The notes beneath the pieces were generated by a model, which searched no databases, was not told the DNA's origin, and worked only from the letters and a program-made list of their open reading frames with translations. Shown here piece after piece: positions 19,273 through 28,770 of a stretch of 64,000 bases of DNA. The stretch's first letter is position 1, and each line of letters starts with the position of its first letter. This stretch comes from Gemmatimonadaceae bacterium (lineage in GTDB: Bacteria > Gemmatimonadota > Gemmatimonadetes > Gemmatimonadales > Gemmatimonadaceae), in NCBI GenBank assembly GCA_017881685.1, contig JADGQR010000060.1:1370-65369 (forward strand), given 5' to 3'. The position numbers were made by a program, and so were the translations under genes.

Positions 19273-21072
19273 CTACTTCGAACTCACGGATCGCGCTATT
19301 CCGGTCCCTCGGGCTATCACCCGGTCGTTGACCGGAATCGATATCGGGAGCTTACCGGTGATCGCTGTTTTTCCCAGGATCGCTCTCGCGGCCGCAAGTT
19401 GCGATGGCGGAAACCCGCCCCATGCCACGACATACGCTGGCACCCATGGAATCTGTCTCAACAGGTATGGATCGTTGAAGGAGACGACGATCGTACGTTT
19501 ACCCTTCGCCGATAGTCGTTGCAGGAATCCAGCGAGGGCCTGCGGCGTTTTCGTCGATGCCGTAGCGTCGATCGTCTGCGTCGCGTAAACGCCCACTATT
19601 GTGACGTCTACCGAGTCAGCCGCGCGGTCGAGACGCGCATAGTCGGGTGCTGGATCGTCACTTGAGAGAAACTCATTTCGCAAGTTCGCCAAGGACGAGC
19701 GCAGCTCTCCATTGAACGCTACACCTGCTGAAAGATCTGCCCGTCTTGCAATCGTTATAGAGAGAATCCGGGAATTTCCCGCGACTGCAAGCGGCACGTC
19801 CCCAAGTGAATCCTTTACCAGCGTAATCGACCGCTCGGCGATTTGCCTCGCCACCGCAACGTGACTGCTGTCGCCAACGATCATGCGAAGAGAGTCGATG
19901 CTCACGGTCTTTCTGTGCTCCAGATCGAAGTCTCGCTTCAGCTGAAGTACGCGCCGAACCGACTGATCGAGCCGCGCCTCCGTATACCTGCCTTCGCTGA
20001 TTCCAGCAAGAACAGCATCGATCGTCTTGCTGACGCTTTGAGGCTGGATCAGGATGTCGATGCCAGCTGCAATTCCCCGCTTCACGGCTTCGTCGGCACC
20101 GAACTGCTTCAACACGCCCTGCATGTCCATGGCGTCGGATATCACGACACCCTTGAACTGCAAGTCGTTACGCAGGACGCCCGTCATGACCTTCGGCGAC
20201 AGGGTGCCGGGAATGCCGGAGGAGTCGAGCGCAAGCATCTCACCGTGAAAGGACATGATCCCTTCCACGCCGGTTCTTATCGCAGCCTTAAATGGTACCA
20301 ACTCGACACTATCAAGCCTGCTTCTGCTCACAGTGACGACAGGAATGTCGAGGTGCGAGTTGGTGTCGGTGTCGCCATGACCGGGAAAATGCTTGCCGGT
20401 CGCCATCATTCCGTTCTGCTGTACGCCCCTGATGAACGCCGCACCAAGCCGAGCGACCATCGCCGGATCTTCGCCGAAAGAGCGGGTGTTGATGACGGGA
20501 TTGGCTGGATTGTTATTCACATCCAGCACCGGCGCATAGGCGATCTGAATGCCGAGGGCGCGTCCTTCCAGCGCGGTGATGCGGCCCATCTGGTAAGCGA
20601 GAGACGTGTCCCCTGTTGCCCCAAGTGCCATTTGCGGAGGAAATATCGTGGAGCTTCCAAGATCGATGCCATTGGGGATGAAGTACCCGCCTCTGGCTCG
20701 GTATCCGGCTCCAGCCTCGAGATCCGCACCGATAAGCAGCGGGATGGAGCTCATCGCCTGCATTGCGTTGAGCTTTGCCGCCATCTCTATCGGCGAGCCG
20801 ACCGACATCGTGAACCCGCCCACCTTTTCATGCTTTATGTAGTCCGTGAGCCGCTGCCATTGCGGCGAATCGCCCGGCGTATAGTCCGCGTAAAGCGACG
20901 GCCAGACGATCTGGGCTGCCTTCTCCCGGAGCGTAAGGGTCGCCATCACAGAGTCTACCCAGCGGTCACCCGACGGGGCCGGAGCTGTCGAGACCGTATT
21001 TCCGGATACTGACGCGCACGCGGAAACCGCGACCGCGAGGGTCGCGAGAATGAAAAGACGCACTGATTTCAA
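19273..21072 (-). CDS. nagZ: GH3 beta-N-acetylhexosaminidase-like lipoprotein
   Basis: Lipobox VSAC; APVLDVNNNPANPVINTRSFGED, KHFPGHG, SDAMDM; TTGA coupling to yggX stop. Confidence 0.9.
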   Translation of the reverse strand: MKSVRLFILATLAVAVSACASVSGNTVSTAPAPSGDRWVDSVMATLTLREKAAQIVWPSLYADYTPGDSPQWQRLTDYIKHEKVGGFTMSVGSPIEMAAKLNAMQAMSSIPLLIGADLEAGAGYRARGGYFIPNGIDLGSSTIFPPQMALGATGDTSLAYQMGRITALEGRALGIQIAYAPVLDVNNNPANPVINTRSFGEDPAMVARLGAAFIRGVQQNGMMATGKHFPGHGDTDTNSHLDIPVVTVSRSRLDSVELVPFKAAIRTGVEGIMSFHGEMLALDSSGIPGTLSPKVMTGVLRNDLQFKGVVISDAMDMQGVLKQFGADEAVKRGIAAGIDILIQPQSVSKTIDAVLAGISEGRYTEARLDQSVRRVLQLKRDFDLEHRKTVSIDSLRMIVGDSSHVAVARQIAERSITLVKDSLGDVPLAVAGNSRILSITIARRADLSAGVAFNGELRSSLANLRNEFLSSDDPAPDYARLDRAADSVDVTIVGVYATQTIDATASTKTPQALAGFLQRLSAKGKRTIVVSFNDPYLLRQIPWVPAYVVAWGGFPPSQLAAARAILGKTAITGKLPISIPVNDRVIARGTGIARSVSSK

Positions 21073-21347
21073 TGGGAAATCGTCCCTTGCTTGCTCGTAT
21101 CGATGTCGGCTTCTGTTCCTGCCTTGAACAGGAACGCAGACATGTTGCGCATCAGGAAAGACCGGGCCTGAGGATCCATGACGTCGAGGCCGTAGTGGTT
21201 GATGAGCATTGTCTGCTGCTTGCCCCAGTCTGCCCAGCACTGACGGCAGATTTCCTGGACGATTCGCGCTCCAATCTGACCGGGAAACGGCGATCGCTCG
21301 AATCCCTCTCGAGCCTGACCGCATCGCGTGCACGTCACGTCGGCCAT
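21069..21347 (-). CDS. yggX: Fe(II)-trafficking / oxidative damage protection protein
   Basis: PFPGQIGARI...W..W...QTMLIN...L...DPQARSFL. Confidence 0.9.
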   Translation of the reverse strand: MADVTCTRCGQAREGFERSPFPGQIGARIVQEICRQCWADWGKQQTMLINHYGLDVMDPQARSFLMRNMSAFLFKAGTEADIDTSKQGTISH

Positions 21348-21348
21348 G

Positions 21349-22098
21349 CTAGGACCTCGCGTACTCTATCTTCGCGAGCCCGAACAATGAGAGAAGCTTG
21401 AGATAAGCCCAGCCGATGTCGAACTCATACCACTTCGCCTTGAATTTCGCGGAGTGTGGATCGGCGTGGTGATTGTTGTGCAGTTCTTCCCCGCCCAGCC
21501 AGATGGCAATGGGAGTGATGTTCCGGCTCTCATCCTTGACGCTGAAGTTGCGGTAGCCGACTGCATGACCGACGCCGTTGATGATTCCGGCCGCCCAGAA
21601 CGGAATCCAGACCATCTGAATGCCCCAGACGAGCGGCCCAACGAAGAAGCCGAACAGGTAAACGTCCACACCAAGCATCAAAAGGATGCCGAGGGAGTTG
21701 CGGCGGGCGAGAATGTGTCGTTCGAGCCAGTCGTTGGGCGTGCCTTTTCCGTACTTCTCGAGCATGCCGGGCTGACGAACTGCCTTTCTATAGTAAAACG
21801 CTCCCTTCAGGACGATGTTGCGAAGTCCTTCCATGAGCGGACTGTGCGGATCGCCTTCGCGGTCGGCGAATGCGTGATGCTTGCGATGGCACGCGACCCA
21901 TTCCTTGGTCACGATAGCTGTAGACAGCCAGAGCCAGAGGCGCATTGGCAGTTCCGCCAGATAGTGAAGCTGGACGCTGCGATGCGTTTGGGCTCGATGC
22001 AGGAAAAGCGTTACACAAACGTTGGTTACGTGGCCGGCTATGACGATGAAAAGAACAGGCTTCCACCAGTCAGCCGCCCAGCTTCCGAAATTGGGCAT
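21349..22098 (-). CDS. Fatty acid (acyl-CoA) desaturase
   Basis: His boxes LHRAQTH, HRKHH, ELHNNHH; ATG 22098 with GGAG SD. Confidence 0.92.
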   Translation of the reverse strand: MPNFGSWAADWWKPVLFIVIAGHVTNVCVTLFLHRAQTHRSVQLHYLAELPMRLWLWLSTAIVTKEWVACHRKHHAFADREGDPHSPLMEGLRNIVLKGAFYYRKAVRQPGMLEKYGKGTPNDWLERHILARRNSLGILLMLGVDVYLFGFFVGPLVWGIQMVWIPFWAAGIINGVGHAVGYRNFSVKDESRNITPIAIWLGGEELHNNHHADPHSAKFKAKWYEFDIGWAYLKLLSLFGLAKIEYARS

Positions 22099-22244
22099 TA
22101 ACAACAACTCCAGTGATGTGCGTGCGATCAGTTTACTGTCGGAATCTATCGGACTCCGCATGTAGCTGCCAATCAGCGATGAGCCTACATGCTGCTGTGT
22201 CCGGCCTTGCGGCAGGGCTCAGGGCTCCCTAGCGTGTCGGATAC

Positions 22245-23396
22245 ATGACCGCGAAAGGAACGAGCACAAAAGACAGCACCCACAAGCCCGGTTCGCTTGT
22301 CTCCGGACGAGCAACACTGACAGCAACCCGGTCATTCGCGTCTCGGTTCAACTCAGGCCTTTCAGACGACTTTTACCGCGAGACTTTTTCCGGTCTCACA
22401 GTTTCGTCAATCGGAATGGGAACCTATCTCGGAGAATGCGACGACACCGAGGATCAGCGATACGTAGATGTCATCGGCTCAGGAATCAGTAGCGGTCTGA
22501 ACCTCGTCGACACGGCAGTCAACTATCGCTGTCAACGCTCAGAGAGATCAGTCGGCCGGGCGTTGCGTAAAGCGTTTGAGTCGGAATCCGCCTCGAGAAG
22601 CGAAGTGGTCGTTTGCACGAAGGGCGGATATATCCCGCTCGAAGGCCAGCCGCCCGAGTCTCGCGACAAATACACCGCATACCTGGCAGCTGAATATTTC
22701 GATCACGGCGTGATGACTCCCGCTGATGTCATCGCCGGAGGCCATTGCCTGACTCCGCGATTTCTGTCGAACCAGATCGATCGAAGCAGAGCGAATCTTG
22801 GCGTCACGTGCATTGATATCTATTACATCCACAATCCCGAACAGCAGCTCGGAATTCTGAGTCGATCAGTCTTTCTCGACGTGATGCGAAACGCGTTCGT
22901 AGAGCTCGAGGCGCAGGTGAAGGCCGGAAAGGTCGGCACGTATGGCTGCGCGACATGGAACGGGTTTCGTGTCTTCCCCGCGAACAGGAATTACCTCTCG
23001 CTGTCGGAGCTTGTCTCCGCGGCTGTTGATGCAGGCGGACCTGATCATCACTTCAGAACGATTCAGCTGCCCGTCAATCTTGCAATGACAGAAGCCGTGC
23101 GGCTGCCGAATCAGCATAATGGAGTGAACAACGTTTCACTCCTCGATATCGCGACGAAGTCGGACATATCGGTTATCGCGAGCGCTTCACTGATGCAATC
23201 ACAGCTGACACGGGATCTTCCGCCAGCGGCAAGGACTCTCTTTCCAGGGTTCGAGACGGACGCGCAAAGAGCGATTGCATTCGTGCGCTCGCTGCCAGTC
23301 GCATCCGCTCTCGTTGGAATGAGAACACTCGCCCACCTGGATGAAAACGTGGGCGCTGTTCGCAGCGCTGCTTCAGCGCCGGTTATTCGATCCTGA
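22245..23396 (+). CDS. Aldo/keto reductase
   Basis: SSIGMGTY, DTAVNY, TKGGY, IDIYYIHNPE, IQLPVN. Confidence 0.92.
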   Translation: MTAKGTSTKDSTHKPGSLVSGRATLTATRSFASRFNSGLSDDFYRETFSGLTVSSIGMGTYLGECDDTEDQRYVDVIGSGISSGLNLVDTAVNYRCQRSERSVGRALRKAFESESASRSEVVVCTKGGYIPLEGQPPESRDKYTAYLAAEYFDHGVMTPADVIAGGHCLTPRFLSNQIDRSRANLGVTCIDIYYIHNPEQQLGILSRSVFLDVMRNAFVELEAQVKAGKVGTYGCATWNGFRVFPANRNYLSLSELVSAAVDAGGPDHHFRTIQLPVNLAMTEAVRLPNQHNGVNNVSLLDIATKSDISVIASASLMQSQLTRDLPPAARTLFPGFETDAQRAIAFVRSLPVASALVGMRTLAHLDENVGAVRSAASAPVIRS

Positions 23397-24828
23397 GATC
23401 CGACGTCTCCCCGGATTCGGGGTCGACGACTGCGATGCGGTGCGCGTTCGTATCCGCCACATAAACTTGCTTCGGCCCGAAGCACACCCCTGCTGGTTCA
23501 TGAAATCCACGCGCGAACGTCTTTGCCGCACGCGTTTGTCGATCGACCCATTTCAGGCAGTCGTTGTACGAATCGGCAATCAAAAGTCTCCCGCTCGAAT
23601 CCGCAGCGATTCCCTGAACATGTTGCAGCCTCACGTCATCGCCCGTTCCATCGACGTCACCGAAATCAAAGAGCCCCGTTCCAACGATCGTGCCGACTTC
23701 CGCATGATCGCCTGCATCCACCCGGCGAATCGCGCTTGATTCGGCATCGGCAAAGTAGACATGATCTTTGTCGATTGTGATTCCCATCGGCTGCGCGAGC
23801 AGCGCCGATGCCGCATCACCATCTCTTATGTCCTCGCCGCCGGTTCCACAGTGCACTCGGCTCTTACCGCTCTTGATATCGACTGACCATATCTGGTGGG
23901 TGCCGGCCATCGCCACATAGAGCGTATTCCCGGAGAGGACGAGGTCCCACGGCGACGACATTGCACCCGCCTGTTGATCCGCGCGTGTTCTCATCTGCCG
24001 CCCGATTCCTGAAAGCGTTGCCACTTCGCCACTGGATAAATCGATTGTCCGAATTGAATGGTTTTCCGTGTCAGCGACGTACAGGAGTCCTTCTCCAAAT
24101 ACCAATCCCTGCGGTGATCTGAACCTTCCGTTGGGACCGTCCCGAAATCCCGGAGTTCCGTCTCCGATCGTCTTTTCAACTCGAATGGTTGTGCCGTCTT
24201 CGTCGAGAGTGCCAACGATGATGCGATGATTACCGCTGTCGGAGATTGCCATCCGGTCGTCTGTCATCGCGACCTTTCCTGGATATCGCAGCTTGCCGGG
24301 TGCCATTATCGGAGCGTCTGCATCGAAATGCAGCGGTTGCTCGTTCATGATTCCGCTGCTTCGAGCTTTCGCGATCAGCCCTTCGATGAACGGCACGAGC
24401 ATTTCGCTCGTGAACTCTCCGGCATGCGTACCGACCACGTATCCCGCCGCATCGATGGCAACAATCGTCGGCCAGGCCGAGACGGCGTAGCTGCGCCAGA
24501 TTCTGAATTGGCGGTCGTTGACGATAGGATGCACTGCGTCGAGTCTTATCGACGCGTCGCGTATCCTGGGCGTGACACGCTCAGCATGGTATTTGCCACT
24601 CTGAACACCGATTACGACAAGTTCCGACGGAAACCGCAGCTCGAGCTCCCGCAACTGCGGGAGTACGTGCATGCAGTTAATTCACCCATAGGTCCAGAAG
24701 TCGAGCAGCACGATCTTCCCGCGGAGATCAGCAAGCCTCAGTGCTTTTCCGCCAGTGTGAATCCAATCGACGTTGTCCGGAAATTCCGGCGACCTTACCG
24801 CAGGTGTAGTTGAAAATTCTCGTGGCAT
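23383..24828 (-). CDS. Thioredoxin-like (UxxC) + NHL-repeat protein, NHLRC2-like; probable selenoprotein (481 aa, TGA at codon 49)
   Basis: Open frame from ATG 24828: ...LADLRGKIVLLDFWTYG[TGA 24684-24682]INCMHVLPQL; then AWPT, YPGK, SDSGNHRI, VADTENH, SPWD, AQPMG. Confidence 0.9.
24646..24663 (-). promoter_or_regulatory. Putative bacterial SECIS element
   Basis: Hairpin CTCCCGC-AGTT-GCGGGAG starting 18 nt after the in-frame TGA; GU in apical loop. Confidence 0.75.
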
Positions 24829-24907
24829 TTGAATCGGGCTTGAAGAAAACGAATTCCGCCTGCATGAACCGCGCTAATGAATCACGTTCGTTTGCGAGAC
24901 GGACGAT

Positions 24908-25906
24908 ATGACCACTCCCGCACATCATGACAAGCGCGGCGGATTCCGGAATCCATGGCCTGGTTCCGCACTTCACGGTTTCGGTGGCTTTCTGAAATGG
25001 ATGCTTACCCACCCCCGACCGAAGTCTACCGGAGAATATCCGAGAGTTACCGAAAATAAATCTGATTCGCGTAAATCCCTGTCGCGACCGACTGACGTCA
25101 CAAGCATCACGTGGGTCGGGCACAGCACCTTTCTCATTCAAGTCGGTGATACGACCATCCTCACCGATCCCATCTGGTCCGATCGCGCATCTCCCGTCTC
25201 GTTCGCGGGCCCGCGGCGCATTGCGCAACCAGGTATTGCACTTGAAGACCTGCCCCAGATAGACATCACCATTCTGTCGCATGACCACTACGACCACCTC
25301 GATGACGCGACTGTGCAAACGCTCATCAAAAAATTTCCTGCAATGTCATGGCTGACGCCGATTGGTGTTGGAGAGTTTCTCAGAGCACGCGGCGCGACGT
25401 CTGTCAAAGAGCTCGATTGGTGGAACGAAACAGAGCTTGGATCAGCAATTGTCGGATGCACACCGGCGCAGCATTTCTCGGGCCGGTACCCGTGGAATCG
25501 AAACGGTACGCTCTGGTGTGGATGGACTATTCGTGTTGGTGACACGGCCGTCTTTTTCGCTGGAGACACCGGCCTTCATCCGGAATTCGGCTCGATCGCG
25601 GAACGGTTCGGTCCATTCGACATTTCCATACTTCCAATCGGAGCATATGAGCCGAGATGGTTCATGCATCCCGTGCACATGAGTCCTGAAGAGGCAATTG
25701 CTGCTTTTCACGCCATCCAGGCAACACAGCCCGAGCGCGAAAGTGTCATGGTTGGGTCTCATTGGGGTACCTTTCGCCTCACAGACGAGCCCGTCGATGA
25801 GCCACCCGTCCTTGCCCGTCGCGCTTGGGAGCGCGCGAGCCTGCCCTCGGACAAGCTCTGGATTCTGACTCATGGTGAGACCAGAGTCGTGAAAAAACCG
25901 TTCTGA
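24908..25906 (+). CDS. MBL-fold metallo-hydrolase (NAPE-PLD/RomA-like)
   Basis: FRNPW, TWVGHST, LTDPIWS, SHDHYDHLD, FAGDTG, PIGAY, HWGTF. Confidence 0.93.
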   Translation: MTTPAHHDKRGGFRNPWPGSALHGFGGFLKWMLTHPRPKSTGEYPRVTENKSDSRKSLSRPTDVTSITWVGHSTFLIQVGDTTILTDPIWSDRASPVSFAGPRRIAQPGIALEDLPQIDITILSHDHYDHLDDATVQTLIKKFPAMSWLTPIGVGEFLRARGATSVKELDWWNETELGSAIVGCTPAQHFSGRYPWNRNGTLWCGWTIRVGDTAVFFAGDTGLHPEFGSIAERFGPFDISILPIGAYEPRWFMHPVHMSPEEAIAAFHAIQATQPERESVMVGSHWGTFRLTDEPVDEPPVLARRAWERASLPSDKLWILTHGETRVVKKPF

Positions 25907-26028
25907 ATCGAGGCGATTTCTTCTCGTTCGGAGCCGACTTATTGTCGCTGGCAGATTACAACTGTTATTGTTTGTGCGCGAAAGTTGCTAAGAAAGTTTC
26001 ACTGAACCCCTACATCGGAGCTGGTATC

Positions 26029-26481
26029 ATGGCTGCAGCCAGGAAGTCGTCACGCGGTGGGTCCAAGAAAAAGAGTGCCCGGAAATCCTCGGCTCGCAAG
26101 TCGCCGGCGCGTAAGAAAAGTGCTCGTAAACCGGCGCCCCGAAAAGCGTCGAAGAAATCGGCTAAGAAGTCGTCCGGAAGAAAACCCGCAGCGAAGAAGT
26201 CGAGCGCGCGGAAATCTTCGGTCAGGAAATCAAGCGCCCGCAAGAGTACAGGTCGCAAGACTTCCGCCAGGCGCGCCGCACCGCGGAGAAAGACCATCGC
26301 GAAGAAGTCGATGCTTCCGTCGCGCAAACAGGTAACCAAGGCAGCGACAGGCGTTACCAAGCGCGCTCGCTCGATCGCGAAGCGTGTTACACGCGTCGCG
26401 ACGGATGTCGTTGATCAGGCTGTAACTGGAGTCGGTCAGGCAGTCGATGCAACGAAGGAATTCGTGCAGGAACACACCTGA
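26029..26481 (+). CDS. Histone H1-like K/R/S/A-rich basic protein
   Basis: GGAG SD; about 15 xxARK-type pentapeptide repeats then a helical C-terminus. Confidence 0.8.
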   Translation: MAAARKSSRGGSKKKSARKSSARKSPARKKSARKPAPRKASKKSAKKSSGRKPAAKKSSARKSSVRKSSARKSTGRKTSARRAAPRRKTIAKKSMLPSRKQVTKAATGVTKRARSIAKRVTRVATDVVDQAVTGVGQAVDATKEFVQEHT

Positions 26482-26508
26482 GATGACGTGAGCGACGGCC
26501 TGACTTCG

Positions 26509-27303
26509 TCAGGCCGTCGTCGCCAGGCCAGGCACATGCGCGTCAACCCACGCGCGCACTTCACGAAATACCTGCTCTCTCCCATAATCGACTGTGATTA
26601 TGTGACCAGCTCCTTCAATCCAGACCAGTCTCTTCTCTTTGCTTCCAAGAGAAGCCAGTGTGCGTTCGGCCACCTCGGGCTTGATGCGAGGATCGGTTCG
26701 CGATTGAACGATCAGAGTCGGCGACACTATTCGCGGAAGCACGCGTCTCGCCATTACTCCTATCCGCCAGAGCTCAAACAGCAGCCTCGGACTGTACGCT
26801 CCATATCCGACATTCTTCACACGCTCTGCAGGATCGCGAATCGATAGAGGGCTGTTCGATTTGCGGAGCCTGTCGCCTCCCCAAAGCCAGTACGCGGCGG
26901 CCACGACCTTGTGATCGAATGGCATGTCCACATACGGCGCCAACAAAACGAGCGCCGGTATGTCTGTATTCTCTGCAGCGAGAATTGCGGCCAGTGCTCC
27001 ACCCATTGAAAGACCTGCGAGCGCAACACTGTCGTGAGTACGACGCATTTCCTGAAGCTCACGACGGGCGAGCTCGAGCCAGTCCTTTTTCCGTGAGGCC
27101 GCAAATGCAGAGACAGTCCGGCCGTGTCCGGGAAGAAGCGGTGCACGCACATCGTAGCCGGCAACATGGAGGTCGTCCGCCAGCAGACGAAGTGTTTGCG
27201 GCGTATCCCCAAAACCGTGCAGGAGGAGAACTCCTCGCGAATTCCCCTCCTGCAAATTGATCGTGTCGGCGCCGTCTATTATTGCGTCTTGTCCGAAGGT
27301 CAT
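26509..27303 (-). CDS. Carboxylesterase / monoacylglycerol lipase-like hydrolase
   Basis: LLLHGF, LPGHG, GLSMGG, C-terminal GHIITVD. Confidence 0.92.
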   Translation of the reverse strand: MTFGQDAIIDGADTINLQEGNSRGVLLLHGFGDTPQTLRLLADDLHVAGYDVRAPLLPGHGRTVSAFAASRKKDWLELARRELQEMRRTHDSVALAGLSMGGALAAILAAENTDIPALVLLAPYVDMPFDHKVVAAAYWLWGGDRLRKSNSPLSIRDPAERVKNVGYGAYSPRLLFELWRIGVMARRVLPRIVSPTLIVQSRTDPRIKPEVAERTLASLGSKEKRLVWIEGAGHIITVDYGREQVFREVRAWVDAHVPGLATTA

Positions 27304-28067
27304 CCGGTTGCTGGAGGTCGCGCGGTTTCCCGAGCCAGCGGCAATCCACCATCCGAGTCCACGCTGTCTGCACTAATATGCTCGGCCAGTCTTTTCGGCG
27401 CGACGAGCAATACCATTCCTTTTCGCTCGGCAATTCCGGATCCGACCAGCCGTCCGAGCGCCATCGCAATCGATTCTCTCGTTGCTCCAACCATTTCGCA
27501 CAGCAGCCGATGATGCTTGAGCTCGAGTCGCAAACGTCCGTCCTTTGCAACGAACGATCGATCCGCTGCAAGCCGACGTAACGCACATGCGAGTCGTTGC
27601 TCGACGTTCTGCGAAGCCATCGCGTGGAGCTTTGCCAGCAGAGCGGCTCTCTCGCTCATCAGCTGTCCGATCACGTTGATCGCCTGACCCGGATTCTCTC
27701 GCACAAATGCGCGGAACTGCGAACTGGATACAAAAAGAGTTTCAGCTTCGTCCGACGCATATGCATCAGTGACGTACACGGCTTCCAGACTAAGCCCTTC
27801 GATTCCAAATGTCTCACCTGGAATGATGATAGCAGGCACGAAGCTGCGGCCGTTACGAGCACGATTTCTCAGGACAACGTGTCCACGCAGCACCACAGAT
27901 ATTCCATCAGCTTCCGCGGCTCGCTGATAGATCAGGAAATTCACCGGCCAGGTTGTCCGGGCGCCGTAAGCGGCGAGTGTGGTCACATCCTCCGCACTGA
28001 GCTTCGAGCGACCGCTGGAAAGAGTTGGAGTCTGCATCCGAATCTTTGCAAGGGGCACCTCTGACAT
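27300..28067 (-). CDS. Crp/Fnr family transcriptional regulator
   Basis: cNMP-like PGETFG, VEQRLA, HTH LCEMVGATRES; start uncertain (28067 or 28037). Confidence 0.85.
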   Translation of the reverse strand: MSEVPLAKIRMQTPTLSSGRSKLSAEDVTTLAAYGARTTWPVNFLIYQRAAEADGISVVLRGHVVLRNRARNGRSFVPAIIIPGETFGIEGLSLEAVYVTDAYASDEAETLFVSSSQFRAFVRENPGQAINVIGQLMSERAALLAKLHAMASQNVEQRLACALRRLAADRSFVAKDGRLRLELKHHRLLCEMVGATRESIAMALGRLVGSGIAERKGMVLLVAPKRLAEHISADSVDSDGGLPLARETARPPATG

Positions 28068-28111
28068 TCGCAATGTCCGGGCCCAAATTCGGTAGCTTTC
28101 TCCCGATCAAC

Positions 28112-28726
28112 TCAATCGCTGATTTCCTCGAGTGCCCGCCGAATGGCAACACGAAGTCGCTCTTCGCTCTGCTCTCCTGGAGGCACGGATCCCGCAAGGG
28201 CAGAAAAGGCTCTGAGCATTTCCTGCTCGATGAACGGCTTCGGGTCATTCACGCCGAGTGATTCGAGATTCTGAATCGCCAGCTCGCGAAGCAATCGCAG
28301 CGTATTCGAGCCAAGCGCAGAGAGCGATGCCGGATCGAGCTCTTCAGGCATCGCATTGGATCCGTCCCTTCTCCGCTTCGACGCGAGAAGAAGCGCACTC
28401 ATCGGTGCAAGTTTGACGACAATCGATCCCGGAGTGTGCTCCCTCCAGCTCTCGACTACGCCGCGACGGCGTAGCGACGGAAGCATTCCGAGAATTTCCT
28501 GTCTGATGATTCCGACTCCGCTGACGCTTTGATTACCGCGTCCGGTAATGATCAACACTTCCTGTGGTTTCATTACCTGACGCGCACGCAGCCACACATC
28601 GGCCTTCGTCCGGGCTTCGACAGCCGTCGGCAGCATTTCACGAAGATTGAGAATCCGCTCAGGACCGAACGCTGCTTCATCCAGAGCGTTCCACAACGCT
28701 TTCAGGTTCGGTTTTGCAGGACGCAT
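28112..28726 (-). CDS. Smr-like domain protein
   Basis: ILNLR...VLIITGRGNQS...PGSIVVKL resembles Smr fold; the N-terminal half of ORF 28112-29278 is an argD shadow; alternative TTG start 28753. Confidence 0.65.
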   Translation of the reverse strand: MRPAKPNLKALWNALDEAAFGPERILNLREMLPTAVEARTKADVWLRARQVMKPQEVLIITGRGNQSVSGVGIIRQEILGMLPSLRRRGVVESWREHTPGSIVVKLAPMSALLLASKRRRDGSNAMPEELDPASLSALGSNTLRLLRELAIQNLESLGVNDPKPFIEQEMLRAFSALAGSVPPGEQSEERLRVAIRRALEEISD

Positions 28727-28770
28727 CTGTACCTTGTGGTGAGGTCTCCCCAAGATAGCGCTGAACCGCC

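Noticed and set aside
19843-21012. Long antisense ORFs (this 389-aa one, also 52350-53291, 3510-4247, 29986-30711)
   Set aside because: Shadows of well-supported genes in GC-rich DNA; no motifs
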